DNA of 64,000 nt from Bacteroidia bacterium (GCA_965216465.1 CBDCFW010000006.1:384001-448000), one strand, 5' to 3'. Positions 54,849 to 63,205 are shown, counted from the stretch's first letter. Made by a program: numbers and translations. Notes: generated by a model not told the origin, from the letters alone.

Positions 54849-55424
54849 TTAATCCTCTTGGTGCTGAGCCCTTTTGATAGAATCGCGTTGTTGCCAGTAC
54901 GCTTCTAAGTTTTTGCGGTATTCTTCATTTTGTGGATCTTCTTCGGTAAGGAGGATGAGTTTAATCAATTCAGGTTCACCTTTGAATTGAACATTGAGTA
55001 TCACTGCGGAAGGAATGAGATAGAATGTAGATAAGAGTACGACTAATACGCCGGTTCTAATCATCATTCTTTTGTAATAGGTCTTGAGCTTATCTTGACG
55101 TTGATACATGAAGATAGACAGACCTAATATGATTGCTGTAGCAATGAAACCAATGCCGTACATAAAATTTCCACCTGGCCAGTGTAGCAATTCAAAAAGG
55201 AATCCAACCAAACCAATAGAAATGGCTCCTCCAGCAACAGCGGACAGCATTAGCACCGGATCTCGATCTGCTTTGGGAGTTAAAAAATGAATTCCTCCCA
55301 TAAAGTAAAACATGGAGAGTAGTGACAATAAGACAACAAGGATAACAGACACACCGGTTACATCTAAGAAGAAAAGTGTGATTGCAATTGCTAGGGTTAT
55401 TCCAAAACCAATTTCAGTTTTCAT
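54849..55424 (-). CDS. Membrane protein with GldL-N-like motif
   Basis: Multiple TMs, GFLFELLHWPGG. Confidence 0.6.
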   Translation of the reverse strand: MKTEIGFGITLAIAITLFFLDVTGVSVILVVLLSLLSMFYFMGGIHFLTPKADRDPVLMLSAVAGGAISIGLVGFLFELLHWPGGNFMYGIGFIATAIILGLSIFMYQRQDKLKTYYKRMMIRTGVLVVLLSTFYLIPSAVILNVQFKGEPELIKLILLTEEDPQNEEYRKNLEAYWQQRDSIKRAQHQED

Positions 55425-55512
55425 GTAACAAAGAAAAGGAATTTAGGGAAAGTGAAGATGAATTTAGAAAGCAACTAATCATGCCCTTAAACACTCCTAT
55501 ATTTGTTAGACT

Positions 55513-56145
55513 ATGAAAATCAAGCTCGCTGCACTTTTCGGAAAACTGGTGTTAGGTTTTGTGTTGCTGACTATTGTTGGAACGGTTTCACACGAATTGG
55601 GCCATTACATTCCCGCATGGTATTTTGATCTTGACCCGGAGTTACATTATGCTAGCGTATCGCATAGTGTTTACCCTCCAGTTGGAACTGCTGAATACGA
55701 CCATTATGTTAAGCAAAATAGACTGGTAAAGATCGGAGGTCCATTGCAGACCATGCTCACAGGCACTTTGGGAATAGTTATTTTATTCTATCGAAGGAAG
55801 TCCATCAGTACTTTTGGTTTGAAAACGGTCGATTGGCTAGCTATATTCTTGGCTTTGTTCTGGGCACGTGAGGTATTCAATCCGATGGTATCAATAGCCA
55901 TTGAACTCTTTAACCCCAACGGTTTTTGGTTCGGCGGCGACGAAGCAAGAATATCCAGATCATTTGGTTGGCATTATGCTATTGTTCCAGTTGTTACTGG
56001 AATTCTTGGACTTTTTGCTTGCCTTTACATTTTGTCCATAATCCCAAAACGAATTCTACCTACTTTCATCCTAGGCGGACTTGTTGGATGTGCTTTGGGT
56101 TGGTTGGTTTGGATGAAGTGGTTGGGGGTGGTGGTGATGCCGTGA
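55513..56145 (+). CDS. Membrane protein with HExxH motif (M50-like peptidase)
   Basis: HELGH, GGP, GGDE; several TMs. Confidence 0.65.
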   Translation: MKIKLAALFGKLVLGFVLLTIVGTVSHELGHYIPAWYFDLDPELHYASVSHSVYPPVGTAEYDHYVKQNRLVKIGGPLQTMLTGTLGIVILFYRRKSISTFGLKTVDWLAIFLALFWAREVFNPMVSIAIELFNPNGFWFGGDEARISRSFGWHYAIVPVVTGILGLFACLYILSIIPKRILPTFILGGLVGCALGWLVWMKWLGVVVMP

Positions 56146-56391
56146 TTATGATGCATTTATTAGTCAAAGATACGATTTCATACTTTGTAGTTTTACTGCA
56201 ATTCTATGTCTGTTCTTGGGATTGCAGTGAAAATAATGATGTTCGAAGGAAAATGAACAACTTGTCTTAATCCTCTCGATGCCTCTTACTGTATTGCAAC
56301 AGTAAGTAGGCTTGATAAAGTATAAGTCTATTTTCATCGAAATTCATTGGTCTGGTAAATTAATGACAATAAAAAACAGTAAATTTATTTT

Positions 56392-57045
56392 ATGAAACCT
56401 ATATCTTATAATATACCTCGCAATAAAGACTGCGTACCGTTTTATACAGATGCAGAAGGCATCACAAAGTTAAAAATTGAATTTCTTCAAGGTGCTAAAA
56501 GCTATCTGTACCTACGAAAGGGAGAGGCATTTGGAGAGATTGCCCTTATGTTACAAGAGGCTATTAATCAGGGTCCAGACCAGCTGATGCTTTTGCTCAA
56601 CTCGGTTGAATCTAGTGTAAATCATACAATAAGCAGCTTGGAAGCCCTTGATCCAAAAGAGCTATACATTTGGTACAAATTACTTAGTAAGGGTGCTGAG
56701 TTGTCTGCCAAAGCATTTTCCAATATTTTAAAAGTTTTTAAACCAAAGAAATCAATGGCAATGAATATCGACATTAAAATTCTATGTAATCCACAAATAG
56801 AAAAAGGAGAATCCGTTGAGTGGTGGGAGAACTTAGGCCATAATAAGAAGTATTACAATGAAAGTCTTCTTGCCTCGGATTACCGAATTTTTCTTAACGA
56901 CGAGCGTTATGCAACTTTTTTTAGACGTCCGAATTCAATGTTTGTAGGTCACATTGGTAAAGATAAAAAAACTAAACACGAGCTAGAGCAAATGTTTTTG
57001 GAGCAATGGAATAACCCAGAATTTTCCAATTTCCCGAAAGAATAG
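56392..57045 (+). CDS. Hypothetical protein
   Basis: 217-aa ORF, no recognised motif. Confidence 0.5.
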   Translation: MKPISYNIPRNKDCVPFYTDAEGITKLKIEFLQGAKSYLYLRKGEAFGEIALMLQEAINQGPDQLMLLLNSVESSVNHTISSLEALDPKELYIWYKLLSKGAELSAKAFSNILKVFKPKKSMAMNIDIKILCNPQIEKGESVEWWENLGHNKKYYNESLLASDYRIFLNDERYATFFRRPNSMFVGHIGKDKKTKHELEQMFLEQWNNPEFSNFPKE

Positions 57046-57073
57046 AAACTCAAGCCCTTACAAGTAATAACTT

Positions 57074-57121
57074 AAGGCATATGAGAGCAATCTAACAAGT
57101 TAGATTGCTCTCATATGCCTT
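57074..57121. repeat. Perfect 23-bp inverted repeat with 2-nt spacer
   Basis: AAGGCATATGAGAGCAATCTAAC-AA-GTTAGATTGCTCTCATATGCCTT. Confidence 0.95.
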
Positions 57122-57365
57122 GCTATTCCCAGATTATTAGTTCCCTACAAAACCTAATTATAGTGCTAGAAGATATCTTCATCACGAGGTTATTCACTAT
57201 TTCTAAGTCGGTTTTACTTTTTGAACCTAAATAGATTCGTAAATAGAAAATATGACCTTAGTAGTTGAGCGATTTTTGATTCGAAACCATCAATATCTTC
57301 ACAAACCTATTTTTACTATCACCCCCCCTTGCAATTCCACCCCACCACCCCTACCTTAGACCCAC

Positions 57366-58214
57366 ATGAAACTCCTCCTCCGCTTTCTAAAAATATTAGC
57401 TCTTCTATATATCCTCATTTGTACCCTGCTCTACTTCTTCCAAGAAAAGCTGATTTTCTTTCCGCAGAAACTTGAACAAGACTACCAGTTTAGTTTTGAG
57501 CAAGAGCGAGAATTTGAGGAACTGTTTTTTGAAGCAGAAGATGGAACTAAACTGCACGGCATATTCTTTAAGGGGGTTAATGCGGTTAATGGGGTTAATG
57601 GGGTTAATGGGGTTAATGGGAAAGATAGCTCCAAAGGACTTATCTTCTACCTCCACGGTAACGGAAGCTCACTCAGCTCGTGGGGAAACGTAGCTAACAC
57701 CTACACCAAACTCAATTACGATGTCTTCATCCTCGACTATCGAGGCTACGGAAAAAGTGGTGGAAGCATAACCAGTCAAGAACAACTGTATGCCGATAAC
57801 CAGTTGATATACAACGACTTTAATAAAAGATACGACGAAAACAAGATTACCCTTCTCGGCTATTCTATCGGATCTGGAATGGCAGCTCATCTTGCATCCA
57901 CCAACACTCCAAAACAACTTATCCTTCAAGCTCCGTATTATAGCTTAACAGACCTCATGAAGAAGAAGTATGCCATCATCCCTCCCTTCATTCTGAGGTA
58001 TAAATTCGAAACCAATGAATACCTCAAAGACTGCAACATGCCCATCACCGTTTTTCACGGCACCAACGATAAAGTGATATACTACAGCTCATCCATCAAA
58101 CTCAAAAAGGACTTTAATCAAATCAAACTCTTCCCGCTTGAGGGTCGAGGACACAACGGCATGACAGACAATCCTATCTACCAACAAGAAATTGAACAAA
58201 TCTTAATGGAGTAA
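57366..58214 (+). CDS. Alpha/beta hydrolase (ABHD13/17-like)
   Basis: YLHGNG, DYRGYGKS, GYSIGSG, FHGTND, GHN. Confidence 0.88.
   Translation: MKLLLRFLKILALLYILICTLLYFFQEKLIFFPQKLEQDYQFSFEQEREFEELFFEAEDGTKLHGIFFKGVNAVNGVNGVNGVNGKDSSKGLIFYLHGNGSSLSSWGNVANTYTKLNYDVFILDYRGYGKSGGSITSQEQLYADNQLIYNDFNKRYDENKITLLGYSIGSGMAAHLASTNTPKQLILQAPYYSLTDLMKKKYAIIPPFILRYKFETNEYLKDCNMPITVFHGTNDKVIYYSSSIKLKKDFNQIKLFPLEGRGHNGMTDNPIYQQEIEQILME
57572..57620 (+). repeat. In-frame 9-mer tandem repeat (GGGGTTAAT) x5
   Basis: Encodes GVNAVNGVNGVNGVNG. Confidence 0.9.
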
Positions 58215-58271
58215 GAACCAACTTTACCCGGTTATGACACCTGCAGAACATTCCAAACCTACATTTGAGCA

Positions 58272-58826
58272 ATGAACTCTATACCTCGTATTCTTCTCGT
58301 TCTAATGTTCATCTGTCCAATTTTCTTTGTGCACTGTGGCTCCGATTGTATTGGTTTAACTACTTACCAATTCTCAGGATTAAATGCGGAGCTATCTGTT
58401 TCAACAGACCAAACAAATTTTAGTCAAATGTTCGTTGAACTACGCTTAGTAGACAGCTTCATACGTTCAGAAATGATTAGCTCTACAACAATTGGAGTAA
58501 ACGAGATTTTAGCTACAGACCCGTGTCAACCACTTAATGACTATACCAACCCTGCTGATTCATTCAAAGTGATTTGTTCGAAAATCTATAATGACTCAGT
58601 TCAGACCAACATAGGTGACATTCTTTCTGAACGTCGAAAAGGGCCAATAAACAAGTTAGTGCAACAACCAGTTCGTGATGGGTACTATAGCAATGAAAAT
58701 AGATATTGGCTTAACTTCACATCACCTCCTTCTCGACTCGACACCTTCGACCTCTTATTTACCAGCTACCACTCCGATGGGCAAATTTTTAGAGACACGA
58801 TCTACGATGTTATCATTTCTCCTTAG
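58272..58826 (+). CDS. Hypothetical lipoprotein-like protein
   Basis: Hydrophobic leader followed by Cys. Confidence 0.5.
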   Translation: MNSIPRILLVLMFICPIFFVHCGSDCIGLTTYQFSGLNAELSVSTDQTNFSQMFVELRLVDSFIRSEMISSTTIGVNEILATDPCQPLNDYTNPADSFKVICSKIYNDSVQTNIGDILSERRKGPINKLVQQPVRDGYYSNENRYWLNFTSPPSRLDTFDLLFTSYHSDGQIFRDTIYDVIISP

Positions 58827-58872
58827 GCCTCATTTAGCAAATCAAAACTTACCTTTGACCCAGAATACCAAC

Positions 58873-59490
58873 ATGACCATCCAACAATCACTCTCCTTCT
58901 TACGTCCAGACCTGGCTGAAAAAATCATTCAAGAATCGACGGTAATGGACTTCCCAAAAGGGACCGAAATCCTTCGAGAAGCACAATACGTTAAAGTATT
59001 GCCCATTGTTATTTCTGGCTTGGTTAAGGTCTATTCGCGGTTCGACATTCGAGAGTTGCTATTGTACTACATTGAGCCATCACAAAGCTGTGTGATGTCG
59101 TTTTATGCTGCTCTTAAAAATACGCCGAGCAAGGTGTTTGCAGTAACAGAAGAAGATTCTCAAATTCTATTGCTGCCCGTCGAATCGCTACCGAAATGGC
59201 TAAAAGAATATCCAGACCTAAACGAGTTGTTTTATACCCAATACAACCTAAGGTATACCGAACTGCTCGACACTATTGGACATTTGCTTATTCACAGAAT
59301 GGACAAGCGCGTGTACGACCACCTCAAGAAAAAAATTGACCTTTCAGACAAAGACTCAATTAAAATGAGCCATGGTCAAATCGCTAACGAGTTGGGAACC
59401 GCAAGAGAGGTAATTACACGTGTGCTCAAAAAGCTCGAAATAGATGAAAAAATCACCCAAGAAGCTGGTGTCATTAGAATAATCAGTTGA
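58873..59490 (+). CDS. Crp/Fnr family transcriptional regulator
   Basis: RELLLYYI..SCVMS, HTH IANELGTAREVITRVLK. Confidence 0.92.
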   Translation: MTIQQSLSFLRPDLAEKIIQESTVMDFPKGTEILREAQYVKVLPIVISGLVKVYSRFDIRELLLYYIEPSQSCVMSFYAALKNTPSKVFAVTEEDSQILLLPVESLPKWLKEYPDLNELFYTQYNLRYTELLDTIGHLLIHRMDKRVYDHLKKKIDLSDKDSIKMSHGQIANELGTAREVITRVLKKLEIDEKITQEAGVIRIIS

Positions 59491-59491
59491 A

Positions 59492-59507
59492 AGTGACTAC
59501 AGTCACT
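59492..59507. promoter_or_regulatory. Crp/Fnr-type operator upstream of DUF2892 gene
   Basis: Palindrome AGTGACT-AC-AGTCACT (GTGA-N6-TCAC); TACCTTTG -7 element at 59529-59536. Confidence 0.7.
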
Positions 59508-59563
59508 GCACAGCCTTTCTCCCTATTCTACCTTTGAACTGTAATTAAAAAATAGTTTCAATT

Positions 59564-59767
59564 ATGAGAAAAAATATGGGTTCAGCAGACCGACTAATTA
59601 GAGTAATTATCGCTGCAATTATTGGTGTTCTATATTTCACAAACGTCATTACAGGCACATTAGGAATTGTTCTCCTTGTTCTTGCTGGAGTATTCCTTTT
59701 AACCAGCTTTATCAGCTTCTGCCCACTGTATGCTCCTTTCGGATTGAGTACTTGTAAGACCAAGTAA
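59564..59767 (+). CDS. DUF2892 (YgaP-like) small membrane protein
   Basis: KNMGSADRLIR...FCPLY..FGLSTC. Confidence 0.9.
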   Translation: MRKNMGSADRLIRVIIAAIIGVLYFTNVITGTLGIVLLVLAGVFLLTSFISFCPLYAPFGLSTCKTK

Positions 59768-59868
59768 ATTACTTAGCCTAAAGTAAAACCCCAGGATTAA
59801 TAAGTTTTAGCGACTCGGAGGAACAAAGAGGAAAAGAGGGGTTTATCCTCACTTTCGGGTCGCTATTT

Positions 59869-61599
59869 TTATCCAAGCTCAATTCCCTCCGACCATTCCA
59901 ATCCACTCGCAAGTTTTGCAGAAGAAAACTCCAAATGAAGCACCCTCCTTTTTTTGGGGTTGCTAGACTTCGAACTTTTGTGAAGCAATAAAGGCTTCAT
60001 GAGCATGATCCCTCCGGCTTCTATTTCTATCGGGATAGGATCAGTATTCTCGGTGATAAGCTTCCGTTCTGCATCACTGTGTATCTTTTTGTGTGAACCA
60101 GGAATTACCTGCAAGCCGCCACCATTCTTTGGACTAACATCATCCAAATAAATACGCAAGGTGAATGTATTTTGATTAATCTCAATCGGTGGATTCACAC
60201 TTACGATTCCTTCCTTGCTTGTCCAACCGGTGTATCCCTTCACCAACTTCTTCTTCACGACATTTATAGCTCGATCTTGATGCCAGGTAACATACCAATT
60301 AGCCTTTTCGGTCTTGTTAAAAAAAATTGATTTACACAGCTGAGCATCCTTATCGATTGATTTAATAACCTTAAGAACTCCTTTGGTAATCACCAGATCC
60401 AGTAAGTTCGGATGTTTATTCAATAAAGCCCTTTCAGAAAATTTATCAGGATTCGCTTGAAGTTGTAAGGCTTTATCCAGAGCCCTGCTTAACCTTTTTA
60501 TTTCACGCAAGCTGAGAACATGGTTTAGGATGGCATATCCCTTATGTTCTAACTGTTTGCCTGCTGCCTTAATATTCTTATCGGTTAACTCGGTAGTATA
60601 GTTGCTTACACTTTGTTTTAGTCTATCCTCAATTCTTCGTTGCAAATCAGCAGGTTGCAAAACCTTCACCGATTCACCATACGAAAGAATCTCTTTCTCC
60701 AGCTCAAAATTGTGCTGCACCTTCAGTGCTATAACTACACCAAAATTATCTCTTTTGATTACGGTTTGCGAATGGTGCAGCGGCTTGGTAATAATGTAAG
60801 GTGCATGAGCATGATCAATAAATATTTCTACATCCATAAGTGGAGCATTGGGAGAAACCGATACCCCAATCGCATTTCTAAAATAGGCTGCAGTATCAAA
60901 ACTGTCATCCATTCTATAAGCAGATTTTCCAGCAGAAAGATTAACGATACGATCCAAGGCCAGGTTCAATATCCCTTCGGCCTTATGCTTACAACCAATC
61001 ACAAACCATCTATTTCTAAACTCTTTGAGTAAGTACGGATGAAAATCAAATGAATTGGCCTTTCGAGCCTTAAATGATTTATAAGTGAGGTTGATTGTTC
61101 GTTTCTTGATAATGGCATTGTAGATCGTGTCGAGGTATTCCAATCCCTTTAAGTTCTCATTCTTCTCGAAATCAATCACCGGTTTAGTAGCTGTTTTCTG
61201 CGAATAAATGTGATCTTCCAACTTCTGAACCATGCCATCCAATTCTCTAAAGTGAGAGAATCCCTGAAACTGCTTCATAAACTCAACTGCTTCGGTGAGC
61301 TTCCCTAAATCTTGTTCAGTAAGTGGAATATTGGTAATCGAATAATCTGCATCTTCATAGGTGTAGTACTTCTTATCCAATACAATTATCGGAGCAAAGT
61401 AACCCAGCTTATCGCTTCGCATAATTTGGATATCGGCTTGTACCGTCCGTTTACTTACCCCTTTGTCGATCCCCTCGTATTCATATAGTGCATCTGAGCA
61501 TGCTTCAATCAAGTCTTCCAACGTCCATTTTCTGTATCTGTTCTGCAGACATTGATCAATGGTTTTGTAGCGTATGAGTGCATTCTTATTTACCGACAT
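59869..61599 (-). CDS. WYL-domain transcriptional regulator (wHTH-WYL-WCX) fused to PhyH-type 2OG-Fe(II) dioxygenase
   Basis: HTH SKRTVQADI; WYL HPYLLKEFRNRWF...ALDRI; WCX ILSYGESVKVLQP; dioxygenase WHQD ... LLHKSS ... RRVLHLEF. Confidence 0.9.
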   Translation of the reverse strand: MSVNKNALIRYKTIDQCLQNRYRKWTLEDLIEACSDALYEYEGIDKGVSKRTVQADIQIMRSDKLGYFAPIIVLDKKYYTYEDADYSITNIPLTEQDLGKLTEAVEFMKQFQGFSHFRELDGMVQKLEDHIYSQKTATKPVIDFEKNENLKGLEYLDTIYNAIIKKRTINLTYKSFKARKANSFDFHPYLLKEFRNRWFVIGCKHKAEGILNLALDRIVNLSAGKSAYRMDDSFDTAAYFRNAIGVSVSPNAPLMDVEIFIDHAHAPYIITKPLHHSQTVIKRDNFGVVIALKVQHNFELEKEILSYGESVKVLQPADLQRRIEDRLKQSVSNYTTELTDKNIKAAGKQLEHKGYAILNHVLSLREIKRLSRALDKALQLQANPDKFSERALLNKHPNLLDLVITKGVLKVIKSIDKDAQLCKSIFFNKTEKANWYVTWHQDRAINVVKKKLVKGYTGWTSKEGIVSVNPPIEINQNTFTLRIYLDDVSPKNGGGLQVIPGSHKKIHSDAERKLITENTDPIPIEIEAGGIMLMKPLLLHKSSKSSNPKKRRVLHLEFSSAKLASGLEWSEGIELG

Positions 61600-61641
61600 A
61601 AATTTTTATTGCTGATTATCAGCGTTTTACAATAATTTTTT

Positions 61642-61649
61642 CAAAGATA
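61642..61649 (-). promoter_or_regulatory. -7 promoter element for the WYL gene
   Basis: TATCTTTG on minus strand matches Bacteroidota TAnnTTTG. Confidence 0.6.
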
Positions 61650-61655
61650 AAACTT

Positions 61656-61676
61656 CTACGCAAAAACACTGCGTAG
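61656..61676. promoter_or_regulatory. Putative WYL operator
   Basis: Perfect inverted repeat CTACGCA-N7-TGCGTAG between divergent promoter elements. Confidence 0.7.
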
Positions 61677-61685
61677 TTCGATTAA

Positions 61686-61693
61686 AATCTTTG
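61686..61693 (+). promoter_or_regulatory. Possible -7 element for the tRNA array
   Basis: AATCTTTG, one mismatch to TAnnTTTG. Confidence 0.45.
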
Positions 61694-61740
61694 TATAACA
61701 AAACGGAGGAAACTCTAAAATTACGTTCATTTATATAAAC

Positions 61741-61766
61741 TCCCTCGAGCAATCGGGCTCGAGGGA
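61741..61766 (+). other. GC-rich leader hairpin before first tRNA
   Basis: TCCCTCGAGC-AATCGG-GCTCGAGGGA. Confidence 0.75.
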
Positions 61767-61783
61767 TTGATAAACAATACTTT

Positions 61784-61864
61784 GCCCTTATGGCGGAATG
61801 GCATACGCAGCAGTCTTAGAAACTGTGGCCGCAAGGCATGTAGGTTCAACTCCTACTAGGGGCA
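61784..61864 (+). tRNA. tRNA-Leu(TAG)
   Basis: GCCCTTA/TAGGGGC acceptor, CT-TAG-AA loop, variable arm, GGTTCAACTCC. Confidence 0.9.
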
Positions 61865-61865
61865 C

Positions 61866-61939
61866 TTTGGGATGGTCTAACGGAAGGACGGGTGGTTTTG
61901 AGCCACTAAGTGGAGGTTCGACCCCTTCTCCCAAAACCA
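61866..61939 (+). tRNA. tRNA-Gln(TTG), CCA encoded
   Basis: TTTGGGA/TCCCAAA; GGTGG-TT-TTG-AG-CCACT. Confidence 0.85.
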
Positions 61940-61948
61940 AGTATATAT

Positions 61949-62024
61949 CTAGATGTAGGGGAGTCAGGCTTTTCCCGCTCGCTTTGGACGCGAGAGCACG
62001 TTGGTTCGAATCCAGCCATCTAGA
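61949..62024 (+). tRNA. tRNA-Pro(TGG)
   Basis: CTAGATG/CATCTAG; CTCGC-TT-TGG-AC-GCGAG. Confidence 0.88.
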
Positions 62025-62026
62025 CT

Positions 62027-62098
62027 GTGACTGTAGTATAACGGCAAATACACCAGGTTGTGACCTTGGTTATGAGAGTTCGATTCTCTCCAGTCACC
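62027..62098 (+). tRNA. tRNA-His(GTG)
   Basis: GTGACTG/CAGTCAC; CCAGG-TT-GTG-AC-CTTGG. Confidence 0.85.
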
Positions 62099-62103
62099 AA
62101 AAT

Positions 62104-62175
62104 GCTCCTATAGCATAATGGTTAGTGCAGCAGGTTTTCAACCTGAAGATTAGGGTTCAATTCCCTGTAGGAGTA
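62104..62175 (+). tRNA. tRNA-Glu(TTC)
   Basis: GCTCCTA/TAGGAGT; CAGG-TT-TTC-AA-CCTG. Confidence 0.85.
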
Positions 62176-62180
62176 CAAAT

Positions 62181-62252
62181 ACAGATGTGGCCGAACGGAT
62201 AGGCACTCCGCTTCTAACGGAGCACATAAGGGTTCGAATCCTTTCATCTGTA
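62181..62252 (+). tRNA. tRNA-Arg(TCT)
   Basis: ACAGATG/CATCTGT; CTCCG-CT-TCT-AA-CGGAG. Confidence 0.88.
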
Positions 62253-62255
62253 CAT

Positions 62256-62323
62256 GGGCAAGCAAGCAGGATAGAATGAGTCTTCGAAACTCTAGTCGGT
62301 AGGTTCGAATCCTACCTTGCTCA
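62256..62323 (+). tRNA. tRNA-Arg(TCG)-like, degenerate D-arm
   Basis: GGGCAAG/CTTGCTC; GAGT-CT-TCG-AA-ACTC; perfect T-arm; no D-stem. Confidence 0.65.
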
Positions 62324-62328
62324 CAAAT

Positions 62329-62402
62329 GGGGTAGATACACAAGTGGCTCGCACCTTGCACTTGCAATGCGAGGGTTGTCGGTTCAAGACCGACCTACTC
62401 CA
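62329..62402 (+). tRNA. tRNA-Ala(TGC), degenerate D-arm
   Basis: GGGGTAG/CTACTCC with G3:U70; TTGCA-CT-TGC-AA-TGCGA. Confidence 0.75.
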
Positions 62403-62408
62403 CAAAAT

Positions 62409-62480
62409 TGAGATGTAGCTCAGAGGCAGAGCAGTCGGCTGTTAACCGTCAGGACGAGATTTCGAAACTCTCCATCTCAG
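62409..62480 (+). tRNA. tRNA-Asn(GTT)
   Basis: TGAGATG/CATCTCA, G73; CGG-CT-GTT-AA-CCG. Confidence 0.85.
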
Positions 62481-62486
62481 CAAATC

Positions 62487-62563
62487 GGTTTAGTGTGCTC
62501 TACTGGTGTAGGGATTTAGCTTGTCACGCTTCAAAAACGAGGGTTCGAAACCCTCCTAGACCG
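62487..62563 (+). tRNA. tRNA-Asp(GTC), weak anticodon stem
   Basis: GGTTTAG/CTAGACC, G73; AGC-TT-GTC-AC-GCT. Confidence 0.7.
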
Positions 62564-62570
62564 CAAATAT

Positions 62571-62644
62571 TCCTCTATAGCTCAGATGGTGGTAGCACTC
62601 GGCTTTTAACCGAGGGGTCCTAGGTTCAAGTCCTAGTGGGGGAA
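62571..62644 (+). tRNA. tRNA-Lys(TTT)
   Basis: TCCTCTA/TGGGGGA; CTCGG-CT-TTT-AA-CCGAG. Confidence 0.88.
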
Positions 62645-62652
62645 CATTTTAT

Positions 62653-62729
62653 TGAGTAGTAACCGCCCAGTCTGATATGCTGGAGTTAGGTAATGGTTGT
62701 AAATGTTGGTTCGAATCCGACCTACTCAA
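62653..62729 (+). tRNA. tRNA-Ile(GAT)-like with rearranged arms
   Basis: TGAGTAG/CTACTCA; CCAGT-CT-GAT-AT-GCTGG only 7 nt after acceptor strand; intact T-arm. Confidence 0.6.
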
Positions 62730-62738
62730 CTTAAATAT

Positions 62739-62815
62739 TGTGGAGTGATTACGATTGGTAAGTAGGCGGTCTCATAAGCCGAGGTATGTGGATTCGATTT
62801 CCACCTCCGCAACCA
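62739..62815 (+). tRNA. tRNA-CAT, initiator-like acceptor, CCA encoded
   Basis: TGTGGAG/CTCCGCA-A-CCA; CGGT-CT-CAT-AA-GCCG. Confidence 0.75.
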
Positions 62816-62816
62816 T

Positions 62817-62887
62817 GCGAGTGAAGCATTTCGGTAATGCACCTGCCTTCCAAGTAGGAGAGCTAGGTTCGACTCCTAGTACTCGCA
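62817..62887 (+). tRNA. tRNA-Gly(TCC)
   Basis: GCGAGTG/TACTCGC; CCTGC-CT-TCC-AA-GTAGG. Confidence 0.88.
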
Positions 62888-62892
62888 CTTAT

Positions 62893-62966
62893 TGGCCTTT
62901 AGCTTATGCGGTAGAAGCCCCTCACTCATAATGAGGAGATAGATGGTTCGAATCCATCAAGGCCAA
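62893..62966 (+). tRNA. tRNA-CAT (elongator Met or Ile2)
   Basis: TGGCCTT/AAGGCCA; CCTCA-CT-CAT-AA-TGAGG. Confidence 0.85.
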
Positions 62967-62971
62967 CATTT

Positions 62972-63046
62972 AGTTCACTAGCCCAAATGGAAGAGGCAAC
63001 GGGTTTAAGCCCCGTACAGGTCTGAGTTCGAATCTCAGGTGAACTA
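62972..63046 (+). tRNA. tRNA-Leu(TAA), short variable loop
   Basis: AGTTCAC/GTGAACT; ACGGG-TT-TAA-GC-CCCGT; 6-nt variable region. Confidence 0.82.
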
Positions 63047-63051
63047 CAAAC

Positions 63052-63121
63052 ATACTTCTGGCGATGGCAGCCGTTTGGTCTCCAAAACCAAAAGAACAAG
63101 GTTCGATTCCTTGGGAGTATG
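63052..63121 (+). tRNA. tRNA-Trp(CCA)
   Basis: ATACTTC/GGAGTAT, G73; TTGGT-CT-CCA-AA-ACCAA. Confidence 0.8.
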
Positions 63122-63126
63122 CATAA

Positions 63127-63200
63127 GATAGGATGGCTGAGTGGTTTAAAGCGGCAGACTGCAAATCTGTTATTCAGGAGTTCGAATCTCCTTCCTATCT
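63127..63200 (+). tRNA. tRNA-Cys(GCA)
   Basis: GATAGGA/TCCTATC, U73; GCAGA-CT-GCA-AA-TCTGT. Confidence 0.9.
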
Positions 63201-63205
63201 CACTT

